Shown here one piece after another: positions 19,404 through 30,768 of a DNA stretch of 64,000 bases (position 1 is its first letter; each line of letters starts with the position of its first letter). The translations under genes and the position numbers were made by a program. Under the pieces are notes generated by a model. The model was not told the DNA's origin. It worked only from the letters and a program-made list of their open reading frames with translations, and searched no databases. The DNA is from a virus (taxonomy: Duplodnaviria > Caudoviricetes). The stretch is from positions 13,232 through 77,231 of the IMG/VR virus record IMGVR_UViG_3300028591_000175, one strand, 5' to 3'.

Positions 19404-19921
19404 TTTAGATACCCTCCTTTCAATAAATAATCTAGTGTCACGGGTTTATAATTATATAACATACACCCTACGTTATATCTATTTATATCAGGTCGGTTAT
19501 CTGGTTTGTGTGTATGACCGTGTAAGTGAATACTTCCGTGTTCTTTACAATTCCAGCTTTCTATTGGATAATGTGATAAAATTATAAATTTACCGTTTAT
19601 CTTTAGCTCTTTATAGTGAACCATCTCCTCGAAGTATCTAGGATTAAATGCTTGCTTGTTTATATATGTATCGTGATTTCCAATAATTAAATGTTTTTTT
19701 CCGTTTAATCGACTTAATACATCTGTTATTAAAAATGGTGTCATATATGAATTTTGAAACGCAAAATCTCCTAAAATATATACTTCGTCGTTTGGTTTAA
19801 CTACCTCATTCCAATTTTTAATAAGACCTATAGTCATATCTTCTACTGTCTTCCAAGGTCTATCTTCATATTCAATAATATTTTTATGACCTAAATGTAG
19901 GTCGCTTGTAAAATAAATCAT
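19400..19921 (-). CDS. Calcineurin-like metallophosphoesterase
   Basis: SDLHLGH, LGD, GNHD, HYP and HGHTH motifs. Confidence 0.9.
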   Translation of the reverse strand: MIYFTSDLHLGHKNIIEYEDRPWKTVEDMTIGLIKNWNEVVKPNDEVYILGDFAFQNSYMTPFLITDVLSRLNGKKHLIIGNHDTYINKQAFNPRYFEEMVHYKELKINGKFIILSHYPIESWNCKEHGSIHLHGHTHKPDNRPDINRYNVGCMLYNYKPVTLDYLLKGGYLK

Positions 19922-20346
19922 TATCTTTCTCTGACTGAAAGCAAGTGTTCAATCGCTGTTTTTATTTCTTGTCCTGCTTCAGCTTTCCCTTCTTTTTCTA
20001 TTTTATTTATAAAGTCCTTTAACATAGTTACATAGAAAGTGGTGTCAGTATCTTCGTCTAAAATTTTACCTAACATTTTATAAACCCTGCGTACACGTCT
20101 ACGAGGTATAAAGTTTTGAAGTTGCTCTCTCATATTATGATTTTCTTTTTCTAATTCTTTTAATTTGTCTTCCATATTAGCTTCCTTTCTTTATTCTCCA
20201 AGGACAACGTTTGTGCATTTTATCTGGGTTACTATCGTCAAACGTAGTCGCAGTGTAAATTCTTTCTTCTGGTTTATTAAATTTAATATTACGTTCACAA
20301 TTACTATCTTCGCATTCTGTAGCACAATAGCTTTTATCATACATAC

Positions 20347-20658
20347 TCATAGTCCTACTAGCCCCTCTTTCCATACATAGTCTTTTACGTCTTGCAAACT
20401 TTTAGCAATAATAAAATGTCCTCCGGCTTTTTTAATTCTCGCTCCCTGTGCTAATTGAATTGCACTGGGTTTTCCTCCTGGGTCTTTAACTTCTATACCG
20501 AAGAACAATCCTCCCCAACAACATAATAAGTCTGGTATACCTGTTTCTTGATATAAGTCTCCACCGTGAATTTTATAGCATAATCCACCCAGACTTGTTA
20601 TGTATTCTTTAATTTCATTCTCAATAGCTTTTTCTTTATGTGGTTTATAATTCCCCAT
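20347..20658 (-). CDS. VRR-NUC nuclease (possible Holliday junction resolvase)
   Basis: E..IE, GIPDL and IEVKDPGGKPSAIQ. Confidence 0.85.
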   Translation of the reverse strand: MGNYKPHKEKAIENEIKEYITSLGGLCYKIHGGDLYQETGIPDLLCCWGGLFFGIEVKDPGGKPSAIQLAQGARIKKAGGHFIIAKSLQDVKDYVWKEGLVGL

Positions 20659-21010
20659 TTTTATATAACCCCTCTCTTAGTCTAAGCATTAAATCATCAG
20701 CACATTTACATATAACTGGTCCAGCAACACTCATAAAATCTGCCGTTTCTTCTTCGTTTTTACAACAGTCTTGTTGACCTGTTTCCCATAAATAAACGTG
20801 TGTAAGTTCGTGCCTTAATGCTTTTCCTAAAAGAAAGCCGTCTAAATCTTTATCAATATAAATAGTTTGTGAAATATATTCTGTTATTCCGTGTAGTCTA
20901 GCCTCTTGGTCGATTGGTCTATTTTCATAAAATATTCTGTTCATTTCGTCTCTATCTTTGAAGCATAAAGTCCAAATATTTTTTGGATTAACTGGTGATA
21001 CAAATTCCAT
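20645..21010 (-). CDS. HEXXH metallopeptidase-like protein
   Basis: LRHELTH...NEE motif. Confidence 0.55.
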   Translation of the reverse strand: MEFVSPVNPKNIWTLCFKDRDEMNRIFYENRPIDQEARLHGITEYISQTIYIDKDLDGFLLGKALRHELTHVYLWETGQQDCCKNEEETADFMSVAGPVICKCADDLMLRLREGLYKNGEL

Positions 21011-21287
21011 ATTATTTATCCTCCTTTTTGAATAATAAACTTCTTATCACACTTGCTAATAAACATAGCGCAAATGCTTGTAAGTAGCTTAAATGAAAGG
21101 ATAAATGGAACGCCCAACATACAAAATTAACAACAGCCCATAGTGGAAACGCCCATAATATACCACAAACAACTAAAATTAAAATAAGTGCAATTATTTT
21201 TCCCATTCTTCATTTCTCCTTTGTGCATATCATATCACAATCGACCTAAATCGTCAATGGGTTTGTTGTCTATTTCATAAATAATTT

Positions 21288-22025
21288 TTAGAATGGAATA
21301 TCCTTGTCAATAAACCCTCCTGTATAAGTCCAATCTCTAACGGTTGTATACTCATTATTAGGGAATTCAATAGCAACTAATTCAAGATATAATTCTCCAT
21401 AATCAGCAGGGTCTAAAATTCTTAAATTAACTCCTGGTGAATCATTTATTTCTATCTGTTCAGGAAGCGGTCTACCATATTCATCAAAACGAGCAATAAT
21501 TGGCATTTTCTTTCCATACATTCTAGCTCGTTTACTAGCTTGAATTATGTTTTTCCTTACTGCGGGCGTCATACTGCATTGAAACTCTTTTATATGAATA
21601 GGTGCAACTTCCATCATTAACCTACCTTTTACAGCAGACAAAGTAACGAGTATTCTTTCTGGCAATAAATCAGGTGTATCTTTAATACAGCATACATACT
21701 TTCCTTTGAAGTTTTCTACATTTACCTTCACTTTTGCCTCCTCCTCTTTTCCAATTTGTTTCATAAAATCTTCATAATCTAAAGTGGTTGAATAAGGTTC
21801 CCAATGTTTAGGTGGATAATATACAGTTCTTGCGTCGCCAGTGAAATCTGTATAAGTCAAAGAAGTTCCTGGGTGTGTTGTAGTTATAAAACGTCTCGTA
21901 TTATCACCTAATGAAGTGGTTTCTATTGTATAAGGACTTAAATCTATTTCGGGATATGGTGGTATTATAGTAGTTCCAAAGGGAGTATGATATATCTCGG
22001 GTTCTTCTTTTTTCTTTTTTGACAT
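21288..22025 (-). CDS. Hypothetical protein ending in DIPF
   Basis: RBS AGGGGG before ATG 22025; C-terminus resembles an SSB tail. Confidence 0.5.
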   Translation of the reverse strand: MSKKKKEEPEIYHTPFGTTIIPPYPEIDLSPYTIETTSLGDNTRRFITTTHPGTSLTYTDFTGDARTVYYPPKHWEPYSTTLDYEDFMKQIGKEEEAKVKVNVENFKGKYVCCIKDTPDLLPERILVTLSAVKGRLMMEVAPIHIKEFQCSMTPAVRKNIIQASKRARMYGKKMPIIARFDEYGRPLPEQIEINDSPGVNLRILDPADYGELYLELVAIEFPNNEYTTVRDWTYTGGFIDKDIPF

Positions 22026-22027
22026 AA

Positions 22028-23392
22028 TTATTCCCCCTTTTCTAACCATTCTTCAAACATTCTATCATCAAAATCTTTGCCTTCTTTTAAGTTTCTATAA
22101 ATAGCTGGCTCAACAGAATTCATAATTTGAAGATAATAATACACAGGTTGTTTTGTTTGACCAATTCTATCTATACGGCCTTTTGCTTGTTCAAAATCTA
22201 TATGATTTTCTGGTGGTGAGAAGAATATAGCAATATTAGTTTTAGCAAAATCATTAAGACCTGCTCCTCCTGCTACTACATTTACAATAGCAACACAATC
22301 ATCTTGCTCATACCAATCTTTTAAGTCTTTATGCGCTCCGTCATAAATAACGCAATGTCTTTTTTGTTTATCACATAATGCTTTTATAATATAAGTTTCA
22401 GTTACAAAGTTAGTGAATACAACAATACGACCTTCGTTTCCATCTAAAAAATCTTCTAACCATTGCAATTTTGGGTTATCTTTTAAGTATTTATCAAATA
22501 TAAATCCACTACAACTTTCACGCATATAAATATGGTGCAAGGTTGGTCTATTAGCGATTATTATATCCTCGTTAAGTAATTTATCGTCTCCACTTTCTAA
22601 AGCGCTTAAAAACGATTTCTCGTCCATTCTAGGCCATACTTTTTTCTCCTTAAAATATTTCATATCAGAAGTCATTTTGAATAACTGTGGTATTTCGATA
22701 GGACGGTCATATTCGCTTTCATATTTTTTATAATAAGTATAATCATTTACAGCCTCGTCCATTTTTTCAGTTTCTCTATATCCTACTATTTCATTGAACG
22801 GAAAACGAGCTTTTCCTGCCCTAACTAAATTCCAGTTTTGAGCTTCAATACAAAATCTTTGCTTAAAATCTTTTGGTTTAATATTAAATAATGGGTGTCC
22901 TAAGGCTTTGTATTGTGGGTATAAATCTATATATTTTTTATTTTGTGGTGTAGCACTAAGCACTAACATATAAGGTTTATACGTTTCACTCAATGCTTGT
23001 ATAAATTTACTTTGTTTACTATCATAAGTCTTCATTTTATGACCTTCATCTACTATTACTAAAGCGTCTACCATTTTGCATACATATTCAATTTTGGCTT
23101 TATTCTTTTCTCTCCAAGCACTTTGAAAACTAGATACAAATTTCATTTCTATTTCAGGTACTTCGTATTCTAAATCTCTTTTCCAGTCGTCTACTTTTGA
23201 AACTGGGCATATTACTACTACACCTTTTATCATATGATTTTTATATAATTTTTCAGCAACAGAAAGGGAGGTTACAGTCTTCCCTGTACCTGTATCAAAA
23301 CCTAAATAAGCTCCTCGTTGGTCTGTATTACTCATTCTATAATATATGTCGTCTGCTGTAACTCTTTGATACACATATAAATCAGTTTTCAT
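22028..23392 (-). CDS. SNF2/SF2 DNA helicase
   Basis: DTGTGKT, DEGH, SATP and QAKGRIDRIGQ; true start likely 23392 (RBS AAGGAGG). Confidence 0.9.
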   Translation of the reverse strand: MKTDLYVYQRVTADDIYYRMSNTDQRGAYLGFDTGTGKTVTSLSVAEKLYKNHMIKGVVVICPVSKVDDWKRDLEYEVPEIEMKFVSSFQSAWREKNKAKIEYVCKMVDALVIVDEGHKMKTYDSKQSKFIQALSETYKPYMLVLSATPQNKKYIDLYPQYKALGHPLFNIKPKDFKQRFCIEAQNWNLVRAGKARFPFNEIVGYRETEKMDEAVNDYTYYKKYESEYDRPIEIPQLFKMTSDMKYFKEKKVWPRMDEKSFLSALESGDDKLLNEDIIIANRPTLHHIYMRESCSGFIFDKYLKDNPKLQWLEDFLDGNEGRIVVFTNFVTETYIIKALCDKQKRHCVIYDGAHKDLKDWYEQDDCVAIVNVVAGGAGLNDFAKTNIAIFFSPPENHIDFEQAKGRIDRIGQTKQPVYYYLQIMNSVEPAIYRNLKEGKDFDDRMFEEWLEKGE

Positions 23393-23687
23393 TAGACTGA
23401 GCCTCCTTCTTTCTCTTATAATAATCTCTATAATATTTTTGTCTTTCTTTTTTGTTTTTCTCATAATGCTCTTTATAATATTCTTTTCTTTCGTCTTTAT
23501 GCTCCTTGTAAAATTTTTCATAATTGTCTTTCTTTTCTTTCTGTAACTCTTTACTTTCAGCATAATGTTTGTTATTACGAGCTTTTATTCTGTCTTTATT
23601 TTTCTCATAATATTCTTTGAAGTACGCTTGACGTTCTTCTTTCTTTTTTCTATAATATTCGCGTTGATACGCTTTTCTATCACTCAT
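23382..23687 (-). CDS. Low-complexity Y/K/E repeat protein
   Basis: Repeated YYxKxK(K/E)ER units. Confidence 0.55.
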   Translation of the reverse strand: MSDRKAYQREYYRKKKEERQAYFKEYYEKNKDRIKARNNKHYAESKELQKEKKDNYEKFYKEHKDERKEYYKEHYEKNKKERQKYYRDYYKRKKEAQSNEN

Positions 23688-24483
23688 TATTTACCTCCTA
23701 TATCTTCTAATTTTACAGTCGCTGCAACTTGTGTAGTTTTGGTAAATTTCTTCGCGATTTCAGGCTCCTCCTCTTTTAGCTTTTTGCTATCTATTGTACT
23801 TCTTGTACTAGGAGAAACATAAGTTAATTTTGCTCCACCTACTATTACATTCTTTGGTAAGTTTTGTGTTTCGTGTAATTTAATGACTTCTGCTTTTAAT
23901 GGTTCATACACTTCTTTGAATTCTGCCTCCGCTTTTTTCATAGCTTGGTATTTATCATAAAATTCATCAGACGTACAACCCATAGCTTTACGTAGAGCTT
24001 CAGCAAAGTCAGATATTACATCACCAACTGCCTCGTCTTTTGTTTCTTCTTCCTCTACGTCTACATACATTTCAGTAATTTCAAATGTTTCTTCGTCAAT
24101 TTTAATTATTTTCTTTTTCATATTTTATGCTCCTCCCAATGATTTTTTATTCTTTGATACACATTACGAGCAGTCAATCCACCCATAACAGGCTCGTCTC
24201 CATACTCGTATCTTTCCCAAGGAGTAAAACCTCCCATTATTTCTAGTCTATCTTTCTCGGCTCCAAATGTGCCAAAACCTTCAATCACGCTTATCCATCT
24301 ATGTTCACTATCGAATACAGGATAACAGATTTGATAATGCTCCACTAGGTCGGGAGCTACTTTTTTAAGTTTTTCTAGTTTGTCTTCGTCGTAGCCCCAA
24401 CCTTCATTCCAACTGAACGGAATTCCTGCGTCCTCAAGCATTTTCTTTAACTTAAATATTTCTTTATATTTTTTACTTTTCAC
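23687..24483 (-). CDS. Two hypothetical proteins (23687-24121, 24118-24483)
   Basis: Coupled ORFs; the first has IDSKKLKEEEPEI, typical of phage recombination-region proteins. Confidence 0.55.
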
Positions 24484-24486
24484 GTA

Positions 24487-25368
24487 TTATTCCTCCGTTT
24501 TAGTAATAAATCCTTGAATTCCTTTTTGTGTTCTTTCAAATGCTCTAGCTTGATTTGCTTTATTTAATTCTAATTGTCTTCTCATTCTTTCTTCTTTAAC
24601 TAAATGAGCTATTGAAATTTTATCTTCTAACTTCATATTATAGTTATATACATTTTCAACTTCTCTTTCACAGTCTGTATTTAATACCCAAGGTGTTGCA
24701 TTATAAATATATTTCTCTACACTATAAGCAAGTCTTTTCTTATCAACTTCTGGATAATCAAAGTAATAAATAACAGTCTGCATAAGTGTTACTAAACTTC
24801 CTGGTATTTTCTTCTCATCAATACTTTCTAATAAAGGTTTGATAAATTCTAGTCTAGGTATGGCGGCCTCATATTGCTCCTCTGTTAATTGTAAAATACC
24901 TTCTTTTATATCTCTGTGTTTTGATTTTGATACTCTATAAACTGCTGTTGAAATTATATCTAAGTTTCCGTTTGCATATTTACTCATAAGTCTTAATAAT
25001 CTTTGATAATTTTCGTTTCCTTGTTCTGCGTATGATTTGATAAAGTCTGGTAATTTCCAATTTACCATATTCATATTCATATAAACACATTCTTTTGTAC
25101 CTGCTCCTGGGGCTATGATATACTCCACTGGCATTTTTAATCTTTGAAGTGCTGTAAGTCTACCTTGACCGTCGATTACTTCCATATTTTCATTTACTAC
25201 GATAGGGTTATGTATCCAACCTATTTTTTGAATACTATCTACTATCTTTGAAATTCTACTCTCTGGTATATCTCTATTTCCTACTAATCTTTTGAATATT
25301 GAATAATCTCTTGTAGTGTATACATTATATGCTACACTTCTTTCTTCTTCTTTTCCAAATAAATTCAT
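24487..25368 (-). CDS. ParB/Srx-like N-terminal domain protein
   Basis: GNR...SIQKIGWIHNPIVVNENMEVIDGQGRLTAL. Confidence 0.75.
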   Translation of the reverse strand: MNLFGKEEERSVAYNVYTTRDYSIFKRLVGNRDIPESRISKIVDSIQKIGWIHNPIVVNENMEVIDGQGRLTALQRLKMPVEYIIAPGAGTKECVYMNMNMVNWKLPDFIKSYAEQGNENYQRLLRLMSKYANGNLDIISTAVYRVSKSKHRDIKEGILQLTEEQYEAAIPRLEFIKPLLESIDEKKIPGSLVTLMQTVIYYFDYPEVDKKRLAYSVEKYIYNATPWVLNTDCEREVENVYNYNMKLEDKISIAHLVKEERMRRQLELNKANQARAFERTQKGIQGFITKTEE

Positions 25369-25795
25369 TTTTATTTCCTACCTTTCTATCTACTTAAATT
25401 TTAATAATCTTCTCCTTCGTTTCCTTCAATCATTTCATCATAAAGTGTTTCTTTTTCTACTTCTGTCATACTATCTGGGTCAATATCATACAATATTAGG
25501 TCTAAAAACGGGTCCATTATTCTTCACCTCCTGTAACAGACGGTGTATATCCGTTTGCTATAAGCCAGTTATAACTTCTTTCATATTGCTCTAAACTAAT
25601 TTTAGTGTCTGGCATTAAATACATATTACAAATAGCTTTGTGCATACCTGCTAGAAATACATTCTCGTCTTCTGGTATATCTATGTCATACTTTTTACAA
25701 TATGCTTTCATTTTATCTGGGTCTCCACTCGCAAGTGCTTCGTCTCTATCTTTTCTGAATTCTTCTAAATCCATATTATTACCTCCTTTATAAAC

Positions 25796-25824
25796 ATTAT
25801 ACACAACTTTTAGTAGTTTGTCAA
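25796..25824 (-). promoter_or_regulatory. Promoter TTGACA-N17-TATAAT
   Basis: Perfect consensus upstream of ORF 25517-25774. Confidence 0.75.
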
Positions 25825-25833
25825 TACTTTATC

Positions 25834-26115
25834 TTAAACTTCTCTTATTTTTTTATACTTATATAAAATGTCATATTCTTCTTCGGTAAAATATCCACAA
25901 AAATACATAAGCTCTAAATAGGTGAATAATCCGTCAGAAGCATTCGCTATTTTTCGTAATATTTTAGGTGAAGGAGGTTCTGCTGTTGTGAAGTTAATAT
26001 ATTTTGATAAATACGTCCTGTCTACACCTGCTATTTTAGCGAGTTTTGTCACAGACCCATAGTAATCACGTAATGTTTTTAATATATTAGCAAATGATAT
26101 TCTTTCAAACTTCAT
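25834..26115 (-). CDS. XRE-family HTH regulator
   Basis: SVTKLAKIAGVDRTYLSKYIN...PSPKILRKIA. Confidence 0.8.
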   Translation of the reverse strand: MKFERISFANILKTLRDYYGSVTKLAKIAGVDRTYLSKYINFTTAEPPSPKILRKIANASDGLFTYLELMYFCGYFTEEEYDILYKYKKIREV

Positions 26116-28100
26116 TATTCCACCTTCTTTTTTCTTGTTTTTCTTTCTGGTTTTACCCCTAAAAAGTCGTTAATACGTTTTTGAGCTTCTGCTATATACC
26201 ACTCATAATCTATATTATCTAACTCTCCTATTTTCTTTCCACGTATGTCAGTGTTAATTATCAATACGTGTTCTGGTGTACCTTCAACTTTATCAAGTGA
26301 GCCTATTTCTTTATCTCTTTTATGTTTGAATAAACCACCAAGAGATTTGTCTACGCTCGGAAATATCCTGTTCACTTTCTGTACTATTTCGTCTCCTGAA
26401 TCTTTTTTCCAAGTTGGGGTGTCGTACATATTCCCTAGCTTTTTAATCATTTGATAATCAGTTGCTGGATTTTCTGGGTTACAAATAGTAGTCCTAATAT
26501 CTACTCCATTTAAGAAATATTCAACTACAGCTTTGGCAAGGATTGATAGCGTATCCTGTTCATTACCGTCATCATATTTCGTCACATACGCTCCTTTAAC
26601 TTTTACCTTTCCACTACTATCTTTGAATACATAGTTGTTAACGTCTTTTTCGTATAAGTTGTCAGCAACAGTTTTCTCTAAACTAAATCTCCAATCTTTT
26701 TCCCAACCTTTACATATTCTGTCTATGATTTCTTCTGCGTCATCAGTTAATAATTCTAATGCAATACCATCAGTGTTTGATTGAATTAGTTTGAAATACT
26801 CATAGTAGCCATCTGCTCGTATACCCACGTTTTCACCTTCTGCTAACGCCCAACTAGGTTTTAATCTGGCTTGAGGCTCAGCTCTATGAAGTCTGTAAAT
26901 TAAATCTAATAAAGATAATTGTCCTAACATACACATTTTAGTATTATATTCAGGGTCATATATTTTTTTGAATTTATCTTTCATACAGCCAGAAGTCGTG
27001 TTCAATATAAGTTTATATCTTGCTGCTTGGTCTTTTAATGCTTTCTTTTCTTCTTTACTCAATCCTTCGTCGTGCATTTTAGCTTTTATATCCATACGAA
27101 CTTGAACCATATTTCCAAATGCTTCGACACCACGTTTATCAATTTGTCTTGACAATAAATCCCATTGTACTAATATGTTAGGATATAGTGAAGATACGTC
27201 TACCCAAATAATTTTCTTTCCGTCTTCTGGTCTACATATATAATTTTTAATTCCTCCGTGTACTCCTCCAAGTGCAAATGTATGCTCTACTCCTAATATA
27301 TCTATATTCATACTTAATTTTGTTTTGTCACATTTTTTAGTGTCCCATTTATGTTTTTCCAACTCACGTAAGGCTTCCAAGAAAAATTCAAATACTGTTT
27401 TTATCTCTGGTACGTCCCAATTACAAGGTAATGTTGATAATTGAAAATTCTTTCTTGCTCTAGTATTTACTCCTCTATTCTGTGATAATAATATAGTCTC
27501 TGTTAGCTTTGCGTTTGTTTTACATACATAATTTATAGGTAGTCCAAATTCTTTTACAAGTAACATTTTAGTTTTGAATGTATTTTTTCTTTGCTTAAAT
27601 CTTTCTAATGTACCAAATAAATCTGCTCTATTATATTTTGCAACGTCGTCTTTTTCTTCTTGTGTTAATTTTCTATCTATATCAAATGGTACAACACTCT
27701 CTACGATACTCATTCCAATAAAACCTTCTAGTTGTTTTAATGAGAAAAATGAACCGTCCCCCATAACGTCATAACTTAAAATCGGTGATTGATAAAAGTC
27801 TGTAATGTCGTATTTCCCTAATACATTGAATACGGGTATATCATAATCCTGTGCGTGAATAACAGAATTGCTACACGCAAAAACTCTGTCCTCGGTACTT
27901 AATTTCCCAGTCAGAATTCCGTGTAGCAATATATGGTCGTAATGCGCAGAGTTATAACCTACCCAAATGTTTTCTAAATTCTTTCTGGTGAACGATTTGA
28001 TTTCATCAATATCCCACAACTGGGTAACTACCCCGGTCTCCTCATCTAAAACTCCAAGTAACGTGTCGTGTTTGAATACCTCAAAATCGTATAGTAGCAT
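26115..28100 (-). CDS. Family B DNA polymerase with 3'-5' exonuclease
   Basis: YDFE, GYNSAHYD, YNRAD, DVSSLYPN, KLILN, NTDG and KVKG motifs. Confidence 0.92.
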   Translation of the reverse strand: MLLYDFEVFKHDTLLGVLDEETGVVTQLWDIDEIKSFTRKNLENIWVGYNSAHYDHILLHGILTGKLSTEDRVFACSNSVIHAQDYDIPVFNVLGKYDITDFYQSPILSYDVMGDGSFFSLKQLEGFIGMSIVESVVPFDIDRKLTQEEKDDVAKYNRADLFGTLERFKQRKNTFKTKMLLVKEFGLPINYVCKTNAKLTETILLSQNRGVNTRARKNFQLSTLPCNWDVPEIKTVFEFFLEALRELEKHKWDTKKCDKTKLSMNIDILGVEHTFALGGVHGGIKNYICRPEDGKKIIWVDVSSLYPNILVQWDLLSRQIDKRGVEAFGNMVQVRMDIKAKMHDEGLSKEEKKALKDQAARYKLILNTTSGCMKDKFKKIYDPEYNTKMCMLGQLSLLDLIYRLHRAEPQARLKPSWALAEGENVGIRADGYYEYFKLIQSNTDGIALELLTDDAEEIIDRICKGWEKDWRFSLEKTVADNLYEKDVNNYVFKDSSGKVKVKGAYVTKYDDGNEQDTLSILAKAVVEYFLNGVDIRTTICNPENPATDYQMIKKLGNMYDTPTWKKDSGDEIVQKVNRIFPSVDKSLGGLFKHKRDKEIGSLDKVEGTPEHVLIINTDIRGKKIGELDNIDYEWYIAEAQKRINDFLGVKPERKTRKKKVE

Positions 28101-28248
28101 AGGTTTTCCTCCTTATTTATATATTATACTTAAATCAATATTATTCATATAACAATATTCTCTGATTAAGGCGTCTCTTTCGTGTATATCTTCTGGTTGA
28201 AGATAACTAAGAAGTCTGATTAAATCTTGAAAACTCATATTATACCTC

Positions 28249-29202
28249 CTAGATAGCCCAAAAATTCAATATAGTTTTATCTTCTAATATATTTCTTAAA
28301 TATGTTTTTAATACTGGCTCTGGTCCACTTATAAGTTGTCTATGTCCTCGAGCTTTGTTACATATTTGTACTATTGAGCTTTCGCACATATCACTATGAT
28401 ACTCAATACTACCAATACTACTAGGTAAAAGATTATACTTTTCATTTATTAAATCACATAAATCATCTACACTAGCGTTTTTCTTATCACTATTTACTTT
28501 TTTTCTTCCCATCGTCTGGCTCCATTCCAAAAACTTTTTGAATAGTTTTCTTTTTCTTTTCAAATACTTTTTGAGCCTGTGCGTCACTTTTATATTTATC
28601 ACTTGCGTAGTCCTCGATTGATTTCATAGCAGTTTCATATATACCTTGAACAATATCTATCTTTTGGTCTAAGTATTCAGGCTCGTCCTTATAACATTCT
28701 AATATATTCCCCAACTCGTAAACCATTTCCGTAGCGAGGGTGTCCATTGCGATTAGTGTACCCTCTTGAAGTTTACGATTAAATTCTTTCCCCATACGCA
28801 TTAGTTCTGCGTTATATTCTTTAGTTAATCTTTCTTCTGTCATTTTGATAGCTCTTTGTATACCCTCTTGATACATTTCAGGGGTCATACTTTCATAATA
28901 CTTCTTGATAGCAAAATCTTCACTCGCTTTTTGTAACTTTTTCCAGGTACTACTCATAACTATACATCCTTTCCAAACATTTTAGGGTCGTCTAAATTCT
29001 TTTGTAAGAATTCAACCATTGCATTCATAACATCTTGTCTTTGTGAATTTGAGATATATAGCATTTTTTTATCGTCACCTTCTCCAAATTCATAAGCAAG
29101 TAATGCAAACCCAAAATTCTCTGGAAGTTTAGCTTTAATATCTTTTGCTATGTCTTGTAATACCGCATTAGCTTGTTCTTCTCTTTCTGTCATTCTTTTC
29201 AC
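28249..29202 (-). CDS. Three hypothetical proteins (28249-28512, 28490-28957, 28960-29202)
   Basis: Tightly packed with plausible RBSs. Confidence 0.5.
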
Positions 29203-29461
29203 CCCTTTCTAATTTCTTAAATCTACCTAATTTATCTTTAGGGCGTCGACTACTTTCAATTTTGTGCCAACAACCGCAAGACCTATAATTACTATATGGA
29301 TATATAAACTGGTCTTTTCGTAACAATATTATATTACCACAATCACATTCACATTTCCATACACTACGACTTTTACCGTCTTTTCTATATTCCATATGAC
29401 TAAATCCCAAAACAGTTAAATATCCATATCTGTTCCCAGTTATATCAATCAACTTTTGCAA
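29168..29461 (-). CDS. Homing-endonuclease-type N-terminal zinc domain protein (no catalytic domain seen)
   Basis: DITGNRYGYLTV...WKCECDCGN...SCGC. Confidence 0.65.
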   Translation of the reverse strand: MQKLIDITGNRYGYLTVLGFSHMEYRKDGKSRSVWKCECDCGNIILLRKDQFIYPYSNYRSCGCWHKIESSRRPKDKLGRFKKLERGEKNDRKRRTS

Positions 29462-29463
29462 TT

Positions 29464-30768
29464 TTATTTCTCCCTTCCATCTTCACTACCGTCATTTTTT
29501 AATTCGACAATAGTAGTTTTCTTAGGGTCTTCGTGTAAATTTCTATCAGCCATCCATTGTTTGAACATATTATAAGCTACGTCTTTGTCTGTTGCATAAA
29601 ATACTCTTGTAAACGGACGTCTAGTATTGAATATAGTAGATATACTATCAGTAGTAATTTGATAACGTTTCATTGTACTATCTATTCTATCCCCCGCAAG
29701 TAGTATCTTATCATTAGGGTCTTGTGTATAAGCATTCCAAGCTCTTTGCATTTCTATAATAGTATTTGTTTGATATAGTTTTTTCCAAAAGAATATAGCA
29801 CCTTTTAATACACGTCTCCAAGTTAAAAAACCTTTGAATTTTATATCGTCTGCTTCTTGAAAACCGTTAAATTCCCAGTCGTGTTGTAATTTTCTTTCTA
29901 CTACATTCAAGGCTTGCTCTAAATCAAGCATTGCTTGTTGACTGTTAGATTTTGCAATAGTCATAAATATATCTTTTAATTTATCAGTATTTACAAGCAC
30001 GTCTAATACGTCCTCTAAACTCTCGTCTGGTATTTCGCAACCACATTCTCTTAATATTCTAATAAAACTATCTTGGTCAGATAATGGGTCTAACGCTTTC
30101 TTTATAGGTTTCATCATAGGGTGTTGCTCTACCTCGCCCCCATTAGCTTTTGAAGAATAATAAGTATTATTATCAGGCACAGTTAATTCTGGTTCTGGCT
30201 CTACTGGTTTTTCGTGTCTTTTATTTTGTCCTTCTATCGCTCTATCTATTCTCCATTTTTCTTCATCGGATAAATCTAAATAACGAATATATGCTTTTCC
30301 TCTAGCTTTCATATTAGCTTTTCTTCTCGTACATCTTACACATACTCCGTGTGAATTTAATTCTTCTACTTCTTTTCCGCAGTCTACACATATTTTTTGG
30401 TTTGTTTCGGTCTCCATTTTTCTTCTCTCCTTTTTCTTCTCCCTATATCTTAATATTTCGGGTTTAATGAATTGAGTTATAGGCTTAAATTTATCTTTTA
30501 CTTCTAATACCGTAATCGCTACGTGTGTACCTTTATTATATATAACTTCAATGTCCCCGTCTGTAATATACCCTATCTGGTTTGATTTTCTGGTCGTATA
30601 ACAACAGTGTCTATATAATGCACAATCATAAATTAAATCGTCTTTTCCATACCACTTGACACTACTTCGCATAATATTATTACTATTATATTTCATATCC
30701 ACGTCTTTTCTTTCTAATAATCTTTGTCGTGCGTGGGGCGACAATTTCATATCTTTTGGTAACTTCAT
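29464..30768 (-). CDS. Large hypothetical protein with CxxC...CxxC zinc finger
   Basis: LSPHARQRLLER N-domain and CVDC...CVRC; RBS AAGGAG before 30768. Confidence 0.55.
   Translation of the reverse strand: MKLPKDMKLSPHARQRLLERKDVDMKYNSNNIMRSSVKWYGKDDLIYDCALYRHCCYTTRKSNQIGYITDGDIEVIYNKGTHVAITVLEVKDKFKPITQFIKPEILRYREKKKERRKMETETNQKICVDCGKEVEELNSHGVCVRCTRRKANMKARGKAYIRYLDLSDEEKWRIDRAIEGQNKRHEKPVEPEPELTVPDNNTYYSSKANGGEVEQHPMMKPIKKALDPLSDQDSFIRILRECGCEIPDESLEDVLDVLVNTDKLKDIFMTIAKSNSQQAMLDLEQALNVVERKLQHDWEFNGFQEADDIKFKGFLTWRRVLKGAIFFWKKLYQTNTIIEMQRAWNAYTQDPNDKILLAGDRIDSTMKRYQITTDSISTIFNTRRPFTRVFYATDKDVAYNMFKQWMADRNLHEDPKKTTIVELKNDGSEDGREK

Noticed and set aside
23393-23563. N-terminal extension of the SNF2 helicase in the ORF track
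   Set aside because: It is an out-of-frame read-through of the repeat gene; a good RBS precedes ATG 23392.
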